Shown piece after piece: positions 25,523 through 31,729 of a stretch of 31,729 nucleotides of DNA. Source of the DNA: a virus (Duplodnaviria > Caudoviricetes); the IMG/VR virus record IMGVR_UViG_3300020368_000005, positions 1 to 31,729 of that record. One strand, 5' to 3'. The notes below the pieces were generated by a model. That model had not been told where the DNA came from. It saw only the letters and a list, made by a program, of their open reading frames with translations, and made no database searches. The stretch's first letter is position 1, and every line of letters starts with the position of its first letter. The position numbers were made by a program, and so were the translations under genes.

Positions 25523-26084
25523 TTTATTTACAGATCCATTATGGAAATATAAGTTACCAAACACAATAGATATAAGTTGGGTTATAGATAAAGCCTATGA
25601 CTTGAAAAAGAAAGATACAAATGTATTTGGTGGTTGGCAAAGTTTTGATGAAAAAGAACAGTTTCAATTTGCATTACCTATACCACATGGTATAGTATTA
25701 CAAGAATATTTGGACGAAAGAATGAATTCGATCGCAAAAGGACTAGGCCTTCCGGCAGTTTCACTTTTAAACTACTGGTATAACATCAATCCTCCAGGTG
25801 CAGTAAATGAAACACATCACCATCAAGATGCATTATTGGTAGGAAACTTATATTTAAAAGTACCAAAAGATAGCGGTGCTATTAGATTCTATAGAGGTGG
25901 AGATGCAAGTTACTACATTCCAAAAGATTCTGAATATAATGATGTAATTGGTACCCAAATGGAGTTGACACCTGAGGAAAAAGATGTTATTATCTTTATG
26001 GGATGGCAAAAACATAGTGTCCTACAAAATAAAAGCAGTGAAGATAGGGTAAGCCTATCATTTAACTACGGAGCAATATTGTGA
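25506..26084 (+). CDS. putative 2OG-Fe(II) oxygenase (TIGR02466-like)
   Basis: GGWQS, WYNIN, HHH, KHSV..RVSLSFN; tandem paralog of the previous gene. Confidence 0.85.
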   Translation: MDNRTNLFTDPLWKYKLPNTIDISWVIDKAYDLKKKDTNVFGGWQSFDEKEQFQFALPIPHGIVLQEYLDERMNSIAKGLGLPAVSLLNYWYNINPPGAVNETHHHQDALLVGNLYLKVPKDSGAIRFYRGGDASYYIPKDSEYNDVIGTQMELTPEEKDVIIFMGWQKHSVLQNKSSEDRVSLSFNYGAIL

Positions 26085-27127
26085 GAATTGAACAAGATAT
26101 TAAATTAGATTATAAAGACGTTCTGTTTAAACCTAAGAGATCAAAATTAGAAAGCAGACGCGACGTAGACTTGACAAGAACGTTTAGGTTTCACAACAGT
26201 GGAAATGAATGGACAGGGGTTCCTATCATGTCAAGCAACATGGACGGAGTTGGTACATTCGCTATGGCAAAGGTATTACAGAACCATAAGATGATCACTG
26301 TAATGAGAAAACACTATACAGTAGATGATTGGACAAAGAATTCAAAAGGTGTTAAGATGAAATACCTAAGTGTTTGCACAGGTACAGGAATCATATGGGA
26401 TCCAGATGCACCAGACTATGCTACAATGAAAGCGGTATTGGCAATGTATCCAGACATAAAATTTATTACTGTTGATGTTGCTAATGCATATCATGAAAAC
26501 TATGCAGACTTTATAGCACGTTTACGTGATGAATATCCTGACAAAACTATTATCGCAGGTAACGTTATTTCTGCAGAGATGACTGAAGAACTTATTATAA
26601 AAGGTGCTGACATTGTTAAGTGTGGTATTGGTCCTGGATCAGTATGCACAACTAGGACAATGACAGGAGTAGGAGTACCACAACTTTCTGGTATAATAGA
26701 GTGTGCTGATGCGGCCAACGGAATTGGTGGACACATTATTGCAGATGGTGGTTGTGTGTTTCCAGGAGACGTAAGTAAGGCATTTGGAGCAGGTGCTCAC
26801 TTTGTAATGCTAGGAGGAATGTTAGCAGGACATGATGAATCAGAAGGCAAAGTAGTCAATGGTAAAATACAGTTTTATGGTATGAGTTCAAATGCGGCAA
26901 TGGCAGTACATGGTACACGTAAAGATGGATATCGTGGAGCAGAAGGCAAGGTTGTTGAACTTCCACACAAAGGCCCAGTAGATCCAACTGTGGTTGAGAT
27001 ATTGGGTGGATTAAGATCAACTGCAACTTATATTGGTGCAAAACGTATCAAAGATATGCCAAAATGTACAACGTTCGTAAGAGTTACTCAACAAGTAAAC
27101 CAAGTGTTTAACCAATACAATGCATAA
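26081..27127 (+). CDS. guaC: GMP reductase
   Basis: SNMDGVGTF, DVANAY, GIGPGSVCTTR, ADGGC, FYGMSS; GTG start. Confidence 0.95.
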   Translation: MRIEQDIKLDYKDVLFKPKRSKLESRRDVDLTRTFRFHNSGNEWTGVPIMSSNMDGVGTFAMAKVLQNHKMITVMRKHYTVDDWTKNSKGVKMKYLSVCTGTGIIWDPDAPDYATMKAVLAMYPDIKFITVDVANAYHENYADFIARLRDEYPDKTIIAGNVISAEMTEELIIKGADIVKCGIGPGSVCTTRTMTGVGVPQLSGIIECADAANGIGGHIIADGGCVFPGDVSKAFGAGAHFVMLGGMLAGHDESEGKVVNGKIQFYGMSSNAAMAVHGTRKDGYRGAEGKVVELPHKGPVDPTVVEILGGLRSTATYIGAKRIKDMPKCTTFVRVTQQVNQVFNQYNA

Positions 27128-27193
27128 ATGGTAAACAAAATACTTGATTTTTACCTAATAATTACTATATAATATAATAGTATGATAAATACA

Positions 27194-27260
27194 AATGTAG
27201 AAGGTTGCTTGATAGGACCTACTACATTAACTCGCTTAACAATAGGAGGAAAGCAAAATG
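27194..27260 (+). promoter_or_regulatory. ROSE-like RNA thermometer in the hsp20 leader
   Basis: 5' hairpin 27194-27228, then CTCGCT pairing with AGGAG with a bulged G. Confidence 0.65.
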
Positions 27261-27701
27261 ACAAATAAATCTCTATCAATTTTTAATCAACTAAGACCCG
27301 TAACAGTAGGTTTCGATCCTATCTTCGATAGATTTGAATCTATGATGAATGACGAGTTCTTCACAGTTCCAACAAGCAATTACCCACCTTACAACATTGT
27401 AAGAACAGGTGATTACACTTATGATATTGAACTTGCACTTGCAGGATTCAATAAAAAGGATATTGATGTACAATACGAAGATGGTGTTGTAACAGTCAAG
27501 TCTATACATAAGGCTGATGAAAAGGACGAAAAAGACGGCGTACAATACAGAGGCATAAGCAAAAGACAATTCACAAAGTCTTTTACTATTGCTGATGACG
27601 TACAGGTAAACGGCGCAGAGTTGAAAGACGGACTGCTTAAAATTAGCATGGAAAGAATCATTCCAGAGGCTAAAAAAGCACGTTCAATCGACGTAAAATA
27701 A
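27258..27701 (+). CDS. small heat-shock protein (Hsp20/IbpA-like)
   Basis: NYPPYNI, ELALAGF, RGIS.R.F, A.LKDGLL. Confidence 0.95.
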   Translation: MTNKSLSIFNQLRPVTVGFDPIFDRFESMMNDEFFTVPTSNYPPYNIVRTGDYTYDIELALAGFNKKDIDVQYEDGVVTVKSIHKADEKDEKDGVQYRGISKRQFTKSFTIADDVQVNGAELKDGLLKISMERIIPEAKKARSIDVK

Positions 27702-27709
27702 CAATAACA

Positions 27710-27740
27710 AAACAGCCGGTAGTGATTCTGCCGGCTGTTT
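27710..27740 (+). terminator. stem-loop terminator
   Basis: AAACAGCCGGTAG-TGATT-CTGCCGGCTGTTT. Confidence 0.8.
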
Positions 27741-27772
27741 AATACGATAAATATTATTACTAGAGGAAGTTT

Positions 27773-28090
27773 ATGAGCAATTTAGATACAGACGTACTTA
27801 TAGATGAAAAAGTTAAGGTTGTAACAACCGAACCAGAAAAGTACAGAGTGATATTACTCAATGATGATGTTACTCCCATGGACTTTGTTATCAATATTCT
27901 AGTTAGTATTTTCAAACACTCAACTGATACCGCAAAAGACCTTACTTTAAAAATACACAAAGAAGGTTCAGCCATTGTTGGTGTGTACACATATGAGATT
28001 GCTGAACAAAAAGGTATTGAAGCAACAAACGAAAGCAGACAACACGGATTCCCTCTACAAGTTAAAATAGAGAGGGAAAACACGTTGTGA
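27773..28090 (+). CDS. clpS: Clp protease adaptor ClpS
   Basis: YRVILLNDDVTPMDFV, IHKEG, EIAEQK, FPL. Confidence 0.95.
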   Translation: MSNLDTDVLIDEKVKVVTTEPEKYRVILLNDDVTPMDFVINILVSIFKHSTDTAKDLTLKIHKEGSAIVGVYTYEIAEQKGIEATNESRQHGFPLQVKIERENTL

Positions 28091-28626
28091 GCCTAAAAGA
28101 ATTAACCTACGAACATCATAGAAATGCAGAACGACAAAAGTTTGTAAAAACTTTAATGGGTGGTAATATTCCTCCAAAGGTTTATGCAGAATTTTTATAC
28201 AATCAATATGTAGCATATAACATTTTAGAAGTTTGTGCTATGGCAGAAGGTGTGCTTAATGACTTACCAGATGTAAGAAGAGCACCAAAAATACTAGAAG
28301 ACTTCCAAGAACTTTGGGGCAAAGACGCAGAGCCACCAAAGCCTAAACCAAGTATCCAAAAGTATGTAGATCATATAATGAGTATCAAAGAAGATCCTGA
28401 GAAGTTAATGGCACACATATATACTAGACACATGGGTGATTTAAGTGGTGGTCAAATGATCAAGAAACGAATACCAGGAGAAGGAAGACTGTATATGTTT
28501 GAAGATCCTGATAACCTTAAGACTGCAATTAGATCTAAACTCAATGATAACATGGCAGAAGAGGCTAAAGTTTGTTTCACGTTTGCCACAGAACTTTTTA
28601 AGGAGATGCATAATGAAACTGAGTGA
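28087..28626 (+). CDS. hemO: heme oxygenase (biliverdin-producing)
   Basis: LKELT..HH..AE proximal His; AHIYTRHMGDLSGGQ; EEA..F. Confidence 0.93.
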   Translation: MSLKELTYEHHRNAERQKFVKTLMGGNIPPKVYAEFLYNQYVAYNILEVCAMAEGVLNDLPDVRRAPKILEDFQELWGKDAEPPKPKPSIQKYVDHIMSIKEDPEKLMAHIYTRHMGDLSGGQMIKKRIPGEGRLYMFEDPDNLKTAIRSKLNDNMAEEAKVCFTFATELFKEMHNETE

Positions 28627-28792
28627 ACAACCAGGATTCGGAAAAAATGATACTGCAACGTATCCTAAGATTATTAGTAACCACGAGAAGAAAGGTCACG
28701 AAAGTCTACATGATTTATTAGCAGTGGCTATTTCACAACTAGAATCATTAAAGAACACACTACAACTTATCCAAACAAAAATCGAGAAGTAA
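28613..28792 (+). CDS. 59-aa hypothetical protein with C-terminal coiled coil
   Basis: AGGAG SD before ATG 28613; fills the hemO-pcyX gap. Confidence 0.65.
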   Translation: MKLSEQPGFGKNDTATYPKIISNHEKKGHESLHDLLAVAISQLESLKNTLQLIQTKIEK

Positions 28793-28793
28793 C

Positions 28794-29489
28794 ATGAGTG
28801 TCATTTGGGACAGACTTATTTCGTGCCAAAACGAAATACTTGATATATTTGAATCCAATGGCAAAGAGGTACATGAGCCAGGAATGGATCATTTTAATCA
28901 GCCTGACAATGGTTGGATTAATAGAGTATGGGCAAACGAATCTGTACGTAGAGCACACATTGATGTAGTTGACGCAAGAGAATCGCACGGACTATGGATG
29001 ATGCACGTATGTTGTTTTCCTGTGTTAACCAATGACGCACCTATATATGGCTTTGATGTTATAGCAGGTAAAAATAAAATGACAGGTGCATTCCATGATT
29101 TTTCTGCATCAAGTGGCGGAGAAGATCATCCACTATCAGAATGGTATCAACAAGCCGTTGCAGATTACGTACCGAGCAAAAAACGTGAACTGCCTGAATG
29201 GGCACAGAACATCTTTAGTCCAGGCATGATTGCCGCTGGTAACGTTCGCACGGAAGAAGAAGCAGTACAGATAATTGACCTTGCAATAAACAACCTTAAG
29301 GTTTGGTTTCAAAGTGTGCCTGAATACGACGGTAATGCCAGCAGTGAAATTACTGGTGGTGCACAAAACTATTACTGTCACAATCAGCAACAGAATCCAC
29401 ATACACCACGTGTAATGAAGTCTTTAGGACTAAATGAAGCAGATGTAGAGAAGTTTTGTACTGATATGCTCTTTCCTAAATTAGCATAA
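28794..29489 (+). CDS. pcyX: ferredoxin-dependent bilin reductase, PcyX-like
   Basis: RRAHIDVVD, LWMMHVCCFP, PIYGFDVIAG, LPEWA..IFS, YC..Q..NPHT. Confidence 0.85.
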   Translation: MSVIWDRLISCQNEILDIFESNGKEVHEPGMDHFNQPDNGWINRVWANESVRRAHIDVVDARESHGLWMMHVCCFPVLTNDAPIYGFDVIAGKNKMTGAFHDFSASSGGEDHPLSEWYQQAVADYVPSKKRELPEWAQNIFSPGMIAAGNVRTEEEAVQIIDLAINNLKVWFQSVPEYDGNASSEITGGAQNYYCHNQQQNPHTPRVMKSLGLNEADVEKFCTDMLFPKLA

Positions 29490-29500
29490 ATATTAGTGTT

Positions 29501-30745
29501 ATGCGATATGTTGAATTCAGATTAAACTATAATCCGTCACAACTTAATGAAGGGTTCACCAACGGTGACCTGGCTGAGAGTGTTTGGGGAGCGGCAGTTA
29601 CAGCCGCTTTTGAAAAGTATCCTTCAAATGCACAGGACTCAGACGTCGTAAGAATAATCCAGCAACTAGACGGTAATCTTAAATATACAAATACTAGAAA
29701 AGACGGAATGAATAGCCAACTTACCGATGCTATTGAATTTGTTAATAAGATTAATATGCAGGCGCATATTGATGCTTTAAGAAATATAACAACTAGTATC
29801 GCAAATATTAAAAAAGAATTGCCAGGTATATTATCAGACGCAAATAAACAAGTTAAAAGTGCAGGATTAGAATTGCAAGAGATCTTTGCAAATGGCAAAG
29901 CAGATAATATTGTAATAGGTGCTGAAGGTGGAGCAGATCAAAAAGGCACTAAGGTTGATGTTAGCATAGTTCATACTGATAATGAAGGTAAACGTGAAGT
30001 TAAAAGACTTGGTTACAGTTTAAAAACAGATACAGGCGGATCTGGAATAATGCCTGTGAGTCAAGCACCTGGAGTAGATAAAGGTTCAGGTGGACAGGTT
30101 GCATTTTTTAAAGACTTGGGAATTGTAGATGATATTGATGATGCTAGTTTAGATGCATACAATGAACTTAATGCCAAACTTAAAAAATTAGTTGATGATA
30201 ATGTTTCAGATGGAAAACTAGAAGCAGTATATGAAAAAGAATTGAGAGGCATACGTAGAGATAATGAAGGTGTGCAAGTTTTCAACAATAATATTGTTAA
30301 AGCCGCAAATAAAATTAATACAAGCATCAACACAGACAAAGAAGAATCAGCATTCTTTGGTGATGTAATAACATTCTTAAACAAACATATCAACAAAGAT
30401 GATCCAGATATTAAATTATTAACTTTCGATAAGAATGGTGCTTATACAACAACTGTACAGAAGTTTCAAGAAAATGTTAAAAGCATACAGATTCGTGCAG
30501 TGGCAGATACTAAAAAACAATCCTTATTAATTAATGCAGTTGATAACGATAATTCAAAAGAATCATTAATATTTAAAATCAGATTCAAAGCCAGTGGTGG
30601 TAGATTTAGTCCTTCAACTTATAGAAGAAATACAAACAAGGCAAAAGTTAAATCTGGTGAATCAGTTCCAAGTGGATATGAGTTATTGCGATATACACTA
30701 TTAGTTGAAACAGGTCCTGGCTATAAACAATTTGCGTCTATATAA
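29501..30745 (+). CDS. hypothetical late protein, possible restriction-endonuclease fold
   Basis: GDLAE..TKVD..GYSLK pattern; ATAAATA 8 nt upstream; MRYVEF N-terminus. Confidence 0.6.
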   Translation: MRYVEFRLNYNPSQLNEGFTNGDLAESVWGAAVTAAFEKYPSNAQDSDVVRIIQQLDGNLKYTNTRKDGMNSQLTDAIEFVNKINMQAHIDALRNITTSIANIKKELPGILSDANKQVKSAGLELQEIFANGKADNIVIGAEGGADQKGTKVDVSIVHTDNEGKREVKRLGYSLKTDTGGSGIMPVSQAPGVDKGSGGQVAFFKDLGIVDDIDDASLDAYNELNAKLKKLVDDNVSDGKLEAVYEKELRGIRRDNEGVQVFNNNIVKAANKINTSINTDKEESAFFGDVITFLNKHINKDDPDIKLLTFDKNGAYTTTVQKFQENVKSIQIRAVADTKKQSLLINAVDNDNSKESLIFKIRFKASGGRFSPSTYRRNTNKAKVKSGESVPSGYELLRYTLLVETGPGYKQFASI

Positions 30746-31097
30746 AAAATACTATTCCGTAATAGGTGCTAAAGTGTAGCAACTGATCTAAAGCATTCAA
30801 CAACCAAAACTGTCTATTTTTATTTGTCCAACCAAAGTATGCCCTGGTATGTGTTTTACTAAAGTCTATGTGCCAGTGCAAAATATAGTCTATTAAACCG
30901 CATATAAGCGCCGTACACGGGTCTACAAAGAAAAGTAGTACAAAGACAGTACCTAGTCCGTGTGGTATGTAATGTTGCAGATGTGCATATAATCCAAAAT
31001 AATTGAACTTGTTTTTTCCTTCAGGATACGACAGGGGTTGTAATGCAAGGTCTAAAATGCAGTGTTTGACTACTAAAAGAAATAATGCTAGTTCCAT
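30738..31097 (-). CDS. DUF3307-like membrane protein
   Basis: KHCILD..Q, H..IDFSK, LDQLLH motifs. Confidence 0.8.
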   Translation of the reverse strand: MELALFLLVVKHCILDLALQPLSYPEGKNKFNYFGLYAHLQHYIPHGLGTVFVLLFFVDPCTALICGLIDYILHWHIDFSKTHTRAYFGWTNKNRQFWLLNALDQLLHFSTYYGIVFFI

Positions 31098-31321
31098 TAT
31101 GCAACTAATCCATACTTCTTACATTTGTGTATCAGTAAGGTTCTTCCTATTCCTAGTTCCCTAGACGCATGGGTCTTGTTATGATTTGTTTGATCCAGTG
31201 CTAATTGTATTCTTTTGACTTCAATTTCTTCTAGTTCTTCTATCAGTGTCTGTTGTATCTTACCTTCTGTGGGCCAGATGTCTTCTAACATCTCCCACAA
31301 ATATTCCTGCTCATCTACCAT
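31097..31321 (-). CDS. Fis/NtrC-type helix-turn-helix protein
   Basis: IQLALDQTNHNKTHASRELGIGRTLL..K.KKYGL. Confidence 0.88.
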   Translation of the reverse strand: MVDEQEYLWEMLEDIWPTEGKIQQTLIEELEEIEVKRIQLALDQTNHNKTHASRELGIGRTLLIHKCKKYGLVA

Positions 31322-31374
31322 GAAAATTACTTTCCGCTTCTGTGCTATTATTTATTAAAGATTTGCTGGTATAA

Positions 31375-31394
31375 GGTGTAAAAATATTTACACC
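31375..31394. promoter_or_regulatory. palindromic operator-like site
   Basis: GGTGTAAA-AATA-TTTACACC between divergent genes. Confidence 0.55.
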
Positions 31395-31434
31395 AATGAT
31401 AAATATTAGTATAACGAGGGCAAAGAGGGATCAA

Positions 31435-31729
31435 GTGAAAAACAAAGTACTTATAATTCTATTAGCACTCCTAGTAAGCCTAGGAGCAACATCGGCACTA
31501 GCAGAGACCAATACAGTGACTTCTACTGTAACTGGTACTACAACTGTGGACAAAACACCACCTACTGCTTCTGCTCCTAACGTGATGATTAACAATCAAG
31601 ACGTTTGTTCAACAGGTACCAGTGCCGCAGTACAAACACAGATATTTGGTATCGCAGGTGGTACAACAATCAGAGATCTAAACTGTGAAAGACTTAAATT
31701 ATCCAGATCATTATATGGTATGGGTATGA
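31435..31729 (+). CDS. exported Thr-rich protein (partial, runs off the window)
   Basis: GTG start after GAGGGA; signal peptide ending ALA; PPTASAP..C..CERLKL motif. Confidence 0.75.
   Translation, partial: MKNKVLIILLALLVSLGATSALAETNTVTSTVTGTTTVDKTPPTASAPNVMINNQDVCSTGTSAAVQTQIFGIAGGTTIRDLNCERLKLSRSLYGMGM

Noticed and set aside
28087-29489. Cyanophage assignment based on bilin genes
   Set aside because: The reductase looks PcyX-like, no psbA/hli genes are in the window, and the tmRNA tag and ROSE-like leader look proteobacterial.
674-30396. Many antisense ORFs in the track (e.g. 674..1198, 6107..6424, 8130..8468, 17650..17961, 23745..24185, 29527..29898)
   Set aside because: They mirror well-supported genes, show no convincing SD or promoter, and have the composition typical of shadow frames.

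Overview
This is an AT-rich, gene-dense segment of a large lytic tailed phage of the T4-like/jumbo aquatic type, mostly on the + strand. No integrase, CRISPR array or mobile element is seen. 1.2-12.4 kb is a late/virion block driven by (A)TAAATA motifs: a Pol-beta-type nucleotidyltransferase, an ATP-dependent ligase-like protein, basic and acidic proteins sharing an M-x-h-x-E N-terminus, and a beta-helix tail protein. Next come nucleotide metabolism (nrdA, nrdB, glutaredoxin, HAD phosphatase, guaC) and host-like stress genes (Hc1-like, Csp, IscU, Hsp20 with a ROSE-like leader, ClpS). The window also holds a circularly permuted tmRNA, a tRNA-Trp, four 2OG-Fe(II) oxygenases, a glucosaminidase/lipoprotein cluster and a hemO-pcyX bilin cassette. 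The permuted tmRNA points to an alphaproteobacterial host. The most unusual signals are hidden coding features: the only two A9 runs found both open a -1 frame near the end of a gene, SD-led +1-frame ORFs are nested in nrdA and in the ligase-like gene, and there is an in-frame internal start, an ATA start and several apparently leaderless genes. A putatively capsid-packaged NTase/ligase pair also stands out. All family calls come from motif recognition by eye, not database searches, and all counts are by hand.
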